Positions 39,766 through 53,244 of a DNA stretch of 64,000 nucleotides are shown one piece after another. A program made the translations under genes and the position numbers. Every line of letters starts with the position of its first letter. Positions within the stretch are counted from its first letter, which is position 1. This DNA comes from Pecten maximus. Taxonomy: Eukaryota. The stretch spans positions 4,774,001 through 4,838,000 of the forward strand of contig NC_047025.1 in NCBI RefSeq assembly GCF_902652985.1, written 5' to 3'. The notes beneath the pieces were generated by a model. The model had not been told where the DNA came from. It worked only from the letters and a program-made list of their open reading frames with translations, and made no database searches.

Positions 39766-40901
39766 GTAACGATATCTTACTGATATTATATAGTCTTTTT
39801 GATTATATAACAATATGCTGTATCTCTTAAAGCAAGTATTTTTATTTAGATACTAGTTGTAGTACTCCCCTTAGCAACGATATGTTTGTCATTACGTCAT
39901 GGGTATGTGCATTATATACAGGTATGTGTAGATCATTGTGTTGCTGTGTGGTATTTTCGTCCAATCCAGTCACAGGAGTTCCTATGATCCGGTCCGGTTT
40001 CTTTCCACGTCGTATTTAGTTTTGTCAGAAAAGGTCTTTAGTTTCCACATTTCTTCTATGCCAGGTATACTTAGTTTGTATACTGTTTCATGTTTCGAAG
40101 CCTTGAGATTGGCCGCGATATCTTAGTCAGTTAGAGCGTCTGCCACGTAACGTAAGATGGAGAGCCGTGGAGCGTGGTAATAGTAATAACGACAGTAAAG
40201 ACAAGTACGTTGTTGAATTTTGAGACAATCTGCATTTTTACCAAGACACAAATACACCACAAGCGATCACATACCGACAAGTTACGAATAAACATATCTA
40301 GTAGATGAACTACGAACAACGTCGTCGTGTTTTGCTTGTGCTCATAATCCGTACTGTCGATAACTAGTTATTAACTAGACCGAAGGGATCATTGACACTG
40401 CCAATACTCTGCACAGTGTTTTTCCTGATTCATCTACTAGTTTTACATGATGTAACTGTTTCATGTTTCCGAAGAAATACTTCAATTTTGCTCTTTGTCT
40501 TTACCTTGACGTTACTATTAATTTGTTGTGACATTGATCAATTAATATATATATATATGGAAATTACGTCCTTTAAACACAAATTTTAATGGATTGCCAA
40601 GATTCGACGAAAGTACTAAATACGTGTTGTCGAGTTCTTCTTTTACTTAATGTATTACTTTGTCCATAGGTATTACAGTATTTAACCAAAATTGAATTGA
40701 TGTCGATGAAGCAGAAGACGTTTACCTTTCTGGAGCACCTGGTCTGATTTTGTTTCGTTTTAAACGGATTCCCCTGTGAATATACATATTGCTCATTTTG
40801 TCCTCGCCTTATTTTGTTTGAATCAGAATATCGGTTTGGTTTTCACGTCATTATTCTCTTGTTATTGTTGTAGAGCTTACTTGAAGATCCTTAAGGAAAT
40901 C

Positions 40902-43032
40902 ATGGCTGGTTTGATACAACTAATCTGACTAAGGACCGCGTAAGAAGCTTGATAAAAACTCTAGAAGATGTACGGAAATACACAAGAAAGTCGGATGAAG
41001 AAGATGTCAAGATAATTAACTTTCTGTCATATTTGTATTATTTGTTGAAAGAAAAAGAAAATAGCCTACAGCTTCTTGATGAATCTCACCAGAAGGAACA
41101 TGATAATATCATAACCAACTCAAACAAAGCAAAAAGCCTGCTGGAGAATGGGGAAGTTTCTGAAGTGGAAGAAATAATATCAAAACTCCAAGAATTAAAG
41201 AAACGGAACGTTTATGAAAAAAGGAAATATTACGCAGAAGCATGACTTAGCATACGCATATGCAAGATCGGGTCCTTGTTACAATGAAAGTGCGGTAGAA
41301 ATGTTCAGGAGAATTGTGGAGGCATATCATAAAGAATACACGTGGCAGCTCGGACTGGGTTTGACATTACTCAAGCGGAATCATCCCTTTCCTCATCCAG
41401 CAGATAGCAAAAATGAGAAAACAACGATAGATGCCGCTGTAAAGTTGCTAGCTCCCACGGAATCGGACGATCCCATTCTACCATGTCAAACTTGGCAAAG
41501 CAGTGTACAGCATTCGGACAAAACAATATAGAGATCTACCACCTGAAATAGAGAATTTAAGGGACAATACATGTTTTGGAAAAGGATTGGAAATATGTCC
41601 AGAAGAACCATTGCTGTTACAGATCTGTGGCCAATATGCGCGGTACAGAAAAGAATTTGATACATCCGAGAGACTCATTCGTAAATCACTTCGAATCAAA
41701 CCAACGCCTCATGGATACCATCATCTTGCTCTTACATTAAAAAGAAGGGTAGACATGAGAGGGGGACACAACCATGGTTTTAGGGAAATAATATACAGCA
41801 GGGAAAAATCTGGATTCCAACAAGGTTGTAATTATAGAGTAGCGAGGTCGCCACAATCGCCTGACGTACGGAGTGGAGGACATATGCATATGCATTATGA
41901 CAAAGGCATCCTATATAGAATGCTGGACCAAACTAAAAAAGCCGTGGACAAACAAAAAGTCTCCAAAAAGAAATATCTCCTGACACATACATGGTTGACA
42001 CATGTTTATAATCAGCTTGGAGTTTGTCTCTTAGAATTAAGTGAGTCGAAAGAAACACCTTCAGAAATCAAGCAGAAGCACAGAAAAGATGGCCAAATAT
42101 ACCTCTCACGTGCTCTTCAGATTCAATTTGAAATTGTCGCAAACCATCTGCAGTTCAAAGAAAAATTTAACTCCTATTCAACTCTAAAAGAACTAATGAA
42201 TGACAAAAGGAATGGGAAACCACAAGGACTGATAGTTTTGTGCATGCTCATGCGGGATCATATGGACAATATTGACAACTTCAATGACTTATGCATGACG
42301 GAGGAATGCAAGTTGGTGCCAGACAAATCTATAGCCATGCTTCAAGGTTACATGAAAGCTGGACAACTTGAAGACTGTGTTACGCTTTTATGTTCCCTAG
42401 AGTGTACAACAATGTTTGCGAGACTTCCTGAGTCTTTGGTCTTTGAGGTGTACATGAATGGTGCATTTCACGCCTACTCTACGGATAACGTACAACTAGC
42501 GTACGAACGCTTTAGACGTGCTTTCCACGTATACGGCATCTTCGGCAAAGTCAGTTACAAGACCGAAGCTGACGAAGGCGAGGATACGGAAGAAATACTA
42601 ATATTACATTCCTGTTCACTAGGTTTAATATGCAGACTTCCAAGAGATATCGGAACGATTCTAGAAGACTGTACGGGATTACGGTATACCATCAATACTG
42701 ACAACGTGCTCGGTAATGCGATCACAACAGAAGCCATGGTTACCTTGATGAAGAAGATACCGTGTATCATTATCATAACCCACGATAGTGAAGACAAATA
42801 TGACCAACTATATGTCAATCACGCTCTCCAGATGAGCTCAGTAAAAAATGGTCCTCAAGTCGTGGTCGTTTCAAATGACGAATGTAACGTGCCAGATATT
42901 GTCAGAACAAGAGGTGTACCAATAATCCCGATGCCCCCTTCGTTAGATGACGCCATGCGACAAAACGATCAGATCCCAGATAAGCATCAAGAATGGGTGA
43001 AGCAATTTATCGAAAAACTGACACCAAATTAA
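40902..43032 (+). pseudogene. TPR-TIR paralog 2, pseudogene
   Basis: Same acceptor/ATG context (tag 40871-73, ATG 40902); frameshifting deletion just after ATG, 1-bp insertion ~41243, frameshift ~41480, internal deletion before YDKG; TIR-like domain readable to 43032. Confidence 0.85.
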
Positions 43033-43359
43033 CCGATTTCTGCTGATGGAGTTCAATAGTACCAGATTCTACTAAAAACCATTGAACACATTTCCTTATC
43101 TGAGTGTTATACCAGTAAATGGTATGGCTTCAAAACGTTATGTTTGATTTATATCGACACCTGCCATAGATCATCGTGACACTAATGGACAGTGGACAAA
43201 TTTTGCAGTAAACATAAGCATATCCGGTAGAAGAAGAATATTATATTCCTAGGATATGAGCGATAGTCATAGATATGCCTTGTGTAAGTATAGCCTGAAT
43301 TTCACCTAGAACTCTCGCTGATGATGTTTTCGTCTCTAAACAGTCATTACTAAACAAAT

Positions 43360-44090
43360 GAATGTTACACCAGTGAAAAATTTCGTGCCAGCACTTGTTG
43401 CACTATTGGACAATTCAGTGTCAACACATGTTAAACCAGAGAACAGTTTCGCGTCATCACTTGTTAAAACCAGTGAACAGTTTAGTGTCATCACTTGTTA
43501 AACCAGTAGACAGTTTCGCGTCATCACTTGATAAACCGGTGAACAGTTTTGTATCATACATGTTAAACCAGTGAACGGTTTCACGTCATCACCTGTTAAA
43601 CCAGTGACCTGTTTCGCGTCATCACTTGTTAAACCAGTGAACAGTTTCGCGTCATCACTTTTTACACCAGTGAACAGTTTCACGTCATCACTTTTTACAC
43701 CAGTGAACAGTTTCGTATCAGTAGTTGTTACACCTGTAAACAGTTTCGTGGCATCAATTGTAACACCAGTGAACAGTTTCATGTCATCACATGTTAAACA
43801 AGAGAACAATTTCGTGTCATCACTTGTTAAACCAGTGAACAGTTTAGTGTCATCACTTGTTAAACCAGTGAACAGTTTAGTGTCACCACTTGTTAAACCA
43901 GTGAACAGTTTAGTGTCATCACTTGTTAAACCAGTGAACAGTTTAGTGTCATCACTTGTTAAACCAGTGAACAGTTTAGTGTCACCACTTGTTGCACTAG
44001 TGATTAGTTTCCAAGGATTATTTGTTTTGTCAATGAACAGTTCCTCGTTATTAATTGTTACGCCCGAGAATATTTTCGCGGCATCACTTT
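43360..44090 (+). repeat. 33-bp array downstream of paralog 2 (ACCAGTGAACAGTTTAGTGTCATCACTTGTTAA), recently homogenised
   Basis: Exact 33-bp periodicity; explains ORF 43571-44110. Confidence 0.93.
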
Positions 44091-44834
44091 ATATAGAAAG
44101 GAAAAGCTGAATTTCATTTGATTCAAACTTTCAGTGTTAACTATGTCAATGCACTGTTTCATTTCGGCGCCTGCTTTGAATCACCATGACTCTACTGGAC
44201 CGTGGACATGTTTAACAGTAGACATCGCCATCTTTACTTTGGGAAGTACAGAATTACATTTCTTCCTTGTCCAATTAAAAGTCAGTATGTTAGAAATCCG
44301 TTGATCTGTCAGGTGGTTCCGTAGTCAGCACCACGTTTCTAAGTTTGAGATCATGACATCTGAAAATGGACTCTCATCAATGAATTGACCCGCTACCTTT
44401 AAACTCCTACTTTCATAGCAGCAATTTTAAACTAATTTAGATTTCTGTGTAGCTGTTTGTATATCTTACTGTGTTCTTCTTTTTGTTTAGAGTGTTTATC
44501 AACTTTGATTCAACGTCAGTCTCGCTAGTGGTAACTTTCGCAGCAACTCGTATTTGACCAGTATAAAAAATATCTCCCTCATCACTTCATTCAAGTGATT
44601 ACTGTCTCTTCCATCATTCAGCATTTTACACAAAGTTACAGTCAGCACTCTAATTGCGTGAACATTTCCACGATATGATTTCAATTTCATATGAGCGGAC
44701 ACTTCAACAGTGAATAGTTTCGCGACCTCATTTTTAATCAGCGAACAAAATCGCGTCCTCGAATTTCAACAAATTGTGTTTTAACCTTGAACATTGTCGA
44801 AAAAACTCCTATCAGAGTTACAGACAGATTACCA

Positions 44835-45190
44835 TTGTATAAATCATGTTTATAATCACAATAGTATATACACCCATTAATGATTTTATCATGCATTTAA
44901 TGTCTAGTATAGTATAAATCATGTTTATAATCACAATAGTATATACACACATTAATGATTTTATCATGCATTTAATGTCTAGTATAGTATAAATCATTTA
45001 TATAATCACAAAATCATATACATGTACACTGATTAATCTTATCATTATATATTTATTATCTAGTATAGTATAAATCATGTATATAATCACAATTATATAT
45101 ATCAATTAATTATTTAATCATGAATTTAATGTTTAGTATAGTTTAAACTTTCTTGTATATAATCAAAATGTATAAAACCCTAGTATAGTA
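44835..45190. repeat. ~75-bp AT-rich tandem repeat
   Basis: GTATAAATCATG recurs at ~75-bp spacing. Confidence 0.85.
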
Positions 45191-45489
45191 TCCAGAATGG
45201 TAATATTTTTTTCTATGAAATTACATTACAGTCCCATCATTTATATCTTGTTCATTAATGTACATGTATAAATTATCTTTTATATACATTGTTATTCATG
45301 TATTATAAAACCGTTGTGTGAACCATGTAAACCCTGCTAGGATATCTTTATATAAACCATACGGTGATATTGCATTGTGGTGATATCATTATATAAACCT
45401 CTTGGTGATATCATAGTAAACATATCAAGAATCCTGTTATTTATATGTTTTGATAATATTATCCCTGCTATCAGTACAGCCACTTATCA

Positions 45490-45900
45490 ACCGGTCAATT
45501 TTATAAACAGTGGTGACTGGTGACGGGCAAATTGATAATGACTGGGTGGTTTGCAGGACAATCAGATTAGTGGAACCTGGGTAGTTAGCTGCTTGACCAG
45601 AGAAGTTGACTGACTAATTCAAAGGACAACCAGACTAGTACTGATTAGTTAGTCACCACGACAACCAGTTAGTGGCGACTGGCTATTTAGCAGGACAACC
45701 AGTTAGTGATGACTGGTTAGTTAGCAGGAATGGATAATCGGTTTGATAGTAACTGGCTAGGTATCAGATCAACCAGTTAATGATGTCTGGTTAGTAATGG
45801 ATAATCAGTTCAGTAGTGACTGGCTAGTTAGTATGACAACCGGTTGGTGGTTATTGGTTAGTTAGCGGGACAATCAGACTGGTGGTTACTATTTAGCATG
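45490..45900. repeat. Degenerate ~34-bp repeat with internal dyad (GGACAACCAGTTAGTGGTGACTGGTTAGTTAGCA)
   Basis: AACCAGT...ACTGGTT in each unit. Confidence 0.75.
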
Positions 45901-47219
45901 ATTATCGAATTATTCAAACATAACTTTTCTAAAAACTAGCAATAATATAATATACCTTTATATCCTGTTATGCAATATTTCCATATCGACACTTAGCTTT
46001 ATTTGTTTCAAATCACATCTTATACTCACTCACGATAACATGGCCAAGGGAAGTAACTCGAACAGACAACCGACAAAGGACAATATTACGATCTTTTTCG
46101 CAACAAATAGAGACGCACATCATTTAAACTCTTTCCTTCTGTAATGTCCGATTTTTCTCTAAAGTTTACAGATAAATCCATGTGCTTTAGCTTGCTTCCT
46201 TGTTACACATTCAGAATTTTGGTAGATATCATTTATCTATTAATATTCATTGATACCTATTATCAAATTGTTGATTTTGTGTAAGAATGTCAAATGAATT
46301 TAACAGCAGAATGCCGAGATGTATCTATGACGCACGATCGGCTTTTATGTTTATTAAATGGAAGATCAGATTAAAGATCAACATGTTTACATAGTTGTTG
46401 TAGTTTTTTTTATTTTTTTTTTATTTCGGGGTTTAATGCTCGTGGTATCATATACGATCGATAGGATAATAAGGGTTTTCGAATCTGTAGGGAATGTCAC
46501 ATTGTTTGCCTATTATGAAAACATGCAATCACGTGATAAAAAGTTGTTCAGTTAAGTATGGCTCAAAAATATCTCTCTTATAGAAAACAAAGTGTATCAA
46601 GACATCAAAGACATAACAATCTATGTAACAAGCTATTTCAAATTCTTTCCTGAGGGCACATATCTTGTCTTAAGTTTCGGCTAAGCTGCCTGATAAATGT
46701 TGCGATTCAAATTGAGATGTATGTATTTCTCAATAATTTCACACAGAAATGTGGAAATATCAATAAAATGTTCAATGAAATCTTTTGAATATAAAGTTGA
46801 TTAGATTTATAGTTTGTTTCGGCGTGTTTGCAATATTTTTATGTATAGAATTGATTATATTCTATTCTGGTATCATGTGGGTGGTTGTGTACGTCATAAG
46901 GACGGGTCGATTTGTATACTGTAAAAAGTTACATGTGCAGGGTCGGCTGAAATCGCAGGACTTCACAGAAAAGATCAATTAACAAGACATATAAGAAGTG
47001 ATCGAGGAAACAAGGGAATGCATATGTAGGGGTGGAACGACAGAGTAGGATCACCTGTCCTGTTTAAGGTACGATAATTGCATTTTTTTCGTTTCAAATT
47101 TTATTTTTAGATTTTTTGGGTTTTTTTTTTTTGCTTCTATTTTTTTTTTTTTTTTAGTTTGTTTCCTTTTTGTGTGTGTTTTTTTCTGTTTTTTTGTTGT
47201 TGTTTTTTTTCGATATTGA

Positions 47220-47860
47220 GAGGAAAGAATTTTATACTGTACTTGTATAAACCTCCATTCATACATCCTGATTTTGATTCATACGAACTGGTTACATTAA
47301 AGAGCTTATGATCAGAACAGGTAACAGATACCGTTCAAATTTATTCAAGTTCATTAAGAACTATATTGCCGATGTGTTATATTTATAACAAAAACATGTT
47401 GATAAGATATATCCTATATACAATGTAACTTAAAAAATCAAGGACACTTATGGGCTTTTAAGACCAGCCGCTTACCTCGATCTTAAATGATTTCAAATTC
47501 CCAGGTGGTAATTTTCCAATTTGAGAGGGATAGAGAAATATTCCGTTTCCCCTACCAGTGGTGTTTTCATATCCAAGTTGATCCAATATTTAAATACTTG
47601 TTCTTATTGTCACGATATCCGTGAAATTGCCACTGTTGACGGAAAAAGAATAGCACAGGGTTTTGACAGATACAATTTGTCGAAAACGACGATGATATTT
47701 CATTGTCAACATCATGATCTCATTTGGAAATGTTCTTTTCCTCGTACGATGTGAAGTCAACCAAGTGGTCCATTTTAACCAACCCCCGTTCTCATTTTGA
47801 GATTGTGACTTAATAAGGATTTGACCTAGATTTGTTGGCGGGTACCGTCGATGGCGTAAA
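47220..47860 (+). mobile_element. Penelope-like RT relic
   Basis: AAYLDL, DFKFP, SPTSGVFISKLIQYLNTCSY...QGF...FHCQHHDL. Confidence 0.7.
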
Positions 47861-50179
47861 AGATGATCTTTTTCTTATTGTTCATATGCTTTCCTCATTA
47901 TCGATTTCGATGTAGAATAATGATTTTTTTATGTCATTAATTTTGGTGCCTATACAACGTATTCCGTATACTACACTCTAGATTTAGGCTACCTAATAAA
48001 AAACGTGTTGCCTTAAGGTGTTTCACCTTAGTGCCAGATTTTTCTCATTTGAACGACTCCTCCTCAATACTTAGAATGCCTTTTGTCCTGCTATTTGACT
48101 AGCATCAATATTGCTTAAAGAAATGATATTTGTCACGTTATTTACGTCATAGTGGTGAATTTTAGTAGGAACCTGTGAAATAGGTATTATCTTACTGAAG
48201 ATCATTACTAATGTGTATAACCTGTCCTAATTGGTAAATCTTCTAATACAGCCTTATTAGTAGTACAGAAGAGCCAAAGGGCTACGTTTGTCAGGTTTCA
48301 ATCTGCGGTTAACGAAAGATTTTGTTCTGACGTTTATGCCACCTTCTACAGCTATATATGGATATACAATTAAATCGTTCAAACCAGACAGTCCAGTGAG
48401 CTTATCTGCGTTTGTAAACAATGACACGTCATTGGAATGTATCAAGCTTCCTATACTATACTGCAATAAAGCTCTGGCGTTCTGCTTGACTGGGTGGAAG
48501 TGTCTTACTATGCCCATTTCATAAACCCGGATTTTCTTACTTCTTATTACTACCATCCGGGTACGTTACCATTATTGGCGGCTGTATATTGTATGGTTGG
48601 AAACAGAAAAAAATCAGAGAGAAATGCGTATAAGAGAAATTCCAGAGTATCGCCTGTCTAACAGGTTAACAGTTGTCGGCTCGTTGAAGACCAAAGTAAA
48701 TCTCTCATGAATAAAATTTCAGCATAACTACAGCACCGCCCTCTACATTCCCAAATATCTCAAACCTTACTTCAACTGCTTCCTAAGAAATCATGCTGTT
48801 AGTATCCCTCTTGCAAATGAATAAAGAGCGTTGGTAGCCCCCTTAGCTTTTTTGGAAGGCTAGTACTTGTGTTTATCTTATCTTGGGTGTATTGATTATT
48901 TGTCAAATTTGATGCTAAACTTTCCTATCTTGGAAACATAAAAGGGAAATAATAAACTGAAGAAAATGACACACAATCTGTTTTTGTCAATTCAATTGAA
49001 CAGTCACAGATATTCATGCCATCAATAGATATCCCTCACAGAGTCATAATGGATCGCCAGCGCAGTCAATCGCAAACATCCTAAATAATGTCCATGTTGA
49101 ACAGATATAAGGCCTTCAGATATTGTATCCGGCTAGATTATTCCTCTTGATACTTCAAGTCATTAACATTTGATACCAACTGCAATAATCGTTTCATTGA
49201 GAGGAAACATCGCGGACAAGCATGGCGAGTGGCTCAAGATATTGTATCCGGTTAGACTACTAATGAGGAAGTTTAACGAAACATTTGAGAGGTAAAAACA
49301 AAAAAATAGAGTTTGAGGTCTACTGTATCCCGAACTGGACAAATTCCGTACAGTTAGTTGCATCTGAATTCTAGATCAGCGGCTCTTCGCAAGGACTGTA
49401 TAATATTGGGAAGGTCGAAATAATTATACATTATTTCTCACTGCGTTTCACCGAAAAAATAATATTACTTCTCCATCACATTATATTAAGCCATAGTTTA
49501 GTATACTCGTTACCAGAGACAACACGGGAGGTTTTTCTTATGCATCCAACGAAGTACTTCATTTCAAGTTATGTACAGGATCAACATGGTATACTAAGAT
49601 CAAATTAATTGATAGATGATGAGGGTTTTTTGTGTTGTTGATTTCATATTAAGATATTAATTTCTATATTTGTATTATACTTTTTGATGTTTTGATGGAC
49701 AGCTATTAAACCAAACCAAACATCTTTTCATTATTTTCCTCCAAGACACGGACATGTTAATGCATTAAAAATAAATTTCATTTTGCAGTTCTATGATTTT
49801 GACATCGAGTAGGCTATATTCTGGTTATACCGTGGTGACTTAACTTCACATAAAAGAAGTAAGTAATTTAAGCAGTAATCAATTATACAAAGGAATTATT
49901 GAGAGGAGATCGACGGACCAGGAATACCTGTCCTGATGACAGTTTAAGGTAGATATATGAAGGTAGGACTGACAGACCAGGTTCACCTGTATTGTAGATA
50001 GTTTTAAGTAGATATATGTAGAATCATTGCATATATTTTTAGATATTCATTCACAGGTGTAATGAGTGCGGTATATAAACTGAATTGGTTGGGCTATCAG
50101 AGTATCAAGATATGTGTGTCTCGTTTGACAATTAGCTAGGGTGACGATATGACGTCAACACGACAAGCTAAATATAAGG

Positions 50180-50362
50180 CACCGAGCCAAAACCAAAACT
50201 AAACCTGTATAAGTGGTAAACAGGTTCCGCAAAAAATTTCACTCGGAACTCTCCAGATTTTACGTTTGAATGGTGAGACTGTCAGACCTGATACCGTGTC
50301 ACCCAGACTAAACTGACTAGTTCGCTGCCACTACTATTGTTTCCTTAGACGAGATGGTAAGT
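50180..50362 (+). promoter_or_regulatory. Upstream module plus probable non-coding exon 1 of paralog 3 (GT at 50357)
   Basis: AAAACCAAAACTAAACC, GGAACTCTCC 50245-54, GAGATG|GTAAGT. Confidence 0.6.
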
Positions 50363-53244
50363 GTTACGACATCTTACTCATATTATATATTCTTATTGAC
50401 TATGTAACAATCTGCTGTATCTCATAAAACAAGTATTTAAAAAGAACAATCGTTACATTTCCCTTAGCAACGGTGTGTTTGTCATTACGTCATGGGTAAA
50501 TGCACTATATACAGGTATGTGTTGATGTGTGGTATTTTCGTTCTATCAAGTTACAGGGGTTTCTGTTATCTGGGTTGGTTTCTTCCCTTGACGCATCAAG
50601 TTTTGCCACAAAAGGCTTTAGCATCCCTTAATCTTTAGTTACATCAAATGCATTTTCTCAATTGTCGAAATTTGACAAATACCTTACAAACGATGTAGGA
50701 TACGCACCAAGCAACAATCACACAACGAGCATATCAGACTCAAATAAACACAACGTGGAATATGAACAACACAGGCATAACACAAAGAGCCATAATGAAA
50801 TTAGTCATCAAACAAATTCAAATTTACAGGACGACCCATCAGATTTATTGGTATTTGTCAAGAGTATGAATTAAAATCGAAGTCTGATCCAATATAAATG
50901 TCACAGGGCATTTTTCTCAATGAACAAATTCAAAACGTCCTGCTGGTTCGAATATTTTCATTATTAGACCGGAGACATACAATAGGAATGAAACCTGCAA
51001 TACAAAAGGCCTGAATTAATCAAATGGACAAAAGTAGGCAAAATCTGCCGAAGTAGTTAATAAATTTTCAATTAATTTAGTTAAATATTTATATAGATTT
51101 TTACGACTACATTACGTCACATGAGTTAAGATAATAATTACCTTCCAAAACATCTATATGTCCAGTAAAATCATGTCAATGTATCGGGCTGGGCCGTGTC
51201 GACGGGACACCAGAGGATGTGCTCCGTCGCCCGAGTAAGGCCAACTGCGAGTTACCGCGGTGTACGAACGGTTTTGTTTAACTTGCACTCGAACTTGTAC
51301 GCTTTTTCTCAAATCACCCATTTGATTTACATATAACTTGTCAACAACACCAAATACGGACATACAGAAATAGACGACTACAGGTAAGACACCACACAGG
51401 ACTATAAATAGTAACACGGTACTTTCCACACTACAATACACAGGTGACAAACGTACAACACAACCCAATACTATAAACTATCTAACTAATAACATTATTT
51501 AATACATTATGTTCCAGTGTCATATTCCAGTAAAGTAAAATTCATGAAGAATTTCTTATTTAACTGAAAACTGTTGGCTAACAATTTGAGGGACTTTTCA
51601 CCATCCTCTGACACAAACAAGACAAGACTTAAAGGTTAAATATATATAAAAAAAAAACCGGTGTAAATTATTTTCCGTTGTCCATCAAGTCGATTCGCGA
51701 ATTATGAGTGTTATTGTCAACTTGTTGGATTGTGTTGTGTGCATGTGTTTATGTTTTGTCTTGTGACCTCTGACCCTTTTCAACCCATTAACGTCACGTG
51801 TCAAGGTTTTAGCAAACACCGAAAATAGCCTTTGTCACTTTGATAATGATTTTGATGTAGAAAATAAACTAGATTTTTGACAGAGGAATCCGGCTGCTTG
51901 TTTTGTGTTAGTCCTCTGTCCTAACTCATATCGGTACTATTTATTTGATACAAACCAGGCAGAGGGATTGAAAATTGTAATATGTGTAGAAAACACTTGA
52001 GACATTTGATAGTCACTCTTGTGCATTGTAAGATTTTGACATAATTGACCACTGCGGCATTGTACATGGGCCAAGGTCATTCAGATTGTCTAAGTTAAAA
52101 GCCCATTGCATATCAGCATTTTTTTCACTGTTCGTTTCACACAATTACCTTGCTTAAAACCGCCAGTTGATGTTTTACAAATTTTCATTTCTTTATTTTC
52201 TACTATTAAATACATAGAATAAATTGAATACATTCATCCGCTAATGAGGTATTTTAACTACACCTAAAATCGTATATGACGTAATGGCATTGAGAAAAAG
52301 ACTAAGAAGCAATATCAGAAACTTAACAATTCCAAACGGTCTTTTCACCAGTAGGTGTCATTTGGCCAATACGATCACCAGTAGGTTAAAGGACCTCAAA
52401 GGAAACACAACAATTCCAAACGGTCTTGTCACCAGTTTATTATCTAGGATGTAATCTAAATTAATCATTCTAATCTTGAGATGTCTATTATAGTAACGAC
52501 ACTTGTACTTGACACTTTTATCAAATTGGCGACCTGTCACAAACCTATGTCGTGACATATATCTCTAGAGTTCATCAAATTAACTTAAAATCTCCCGAAG
52601 AACTCTCAGAACCTTTCTATGTCTGACCTCCACATACAAGAAAGATCTTAAGACTCTCTATAGATAATGTGTTCTATATATAATAATAATAAATAACTTC
52701 AAAAGAAAACTGGTAATATCCCGAACGCTTTCGAGTCTGTTCAAATGTCGCTCTTCACAAGGACTGTTCATCTTATATATATATAGAAACACAACTGACG
52801 ACGGGAGACAGCTTTTACCAATGCGCCACATCCGCGTTCTTAAAAAGAACATTTAAATAGCACATAAATGACACATTGATGGTCGGCCCGATACCCCAAC
52901 ATAGCATATTGTCAAGTAGTCTATTAGATGATATGAATATCTTGATCGCAATGCATATACATACATGGATGCGAATTTTACTTATATTCAACACAGTATA
53001 ACGTATTTTGTAAAGGCTAGTAATTTCGTTGTCACTATCTCGTTTCTCATTTTGGAAACCTAACCAGTCTTTCTCAAATAAATGGTCTTATTATCTTTTA
53101 TTTTAAACGGACTCGCGTGTGAATATGTTTTTGGTCATATTTGTCCTCGCATTATCTAGTTTGAATATTATTATTGCTTTTGTTTTCACTTCATTATTAT
53201 TGTTTTGTTCTTTTAGAGCTGACTGGAAGTACCATAAGGATATC

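Noticed and set aside
43498-44110. ORFs with 11-aa SLVKPVNSLVS repeats
   Set aside because: By-product of the 33-bp array; the frame is not kept in the paralogous arrays
53119-53244. Hydrophobic signal/TM-like N-terminal extension of paralog 3
   Set aside because: It is the T-rich intron end; the homologous region in paralog 1 has an in-frame stop
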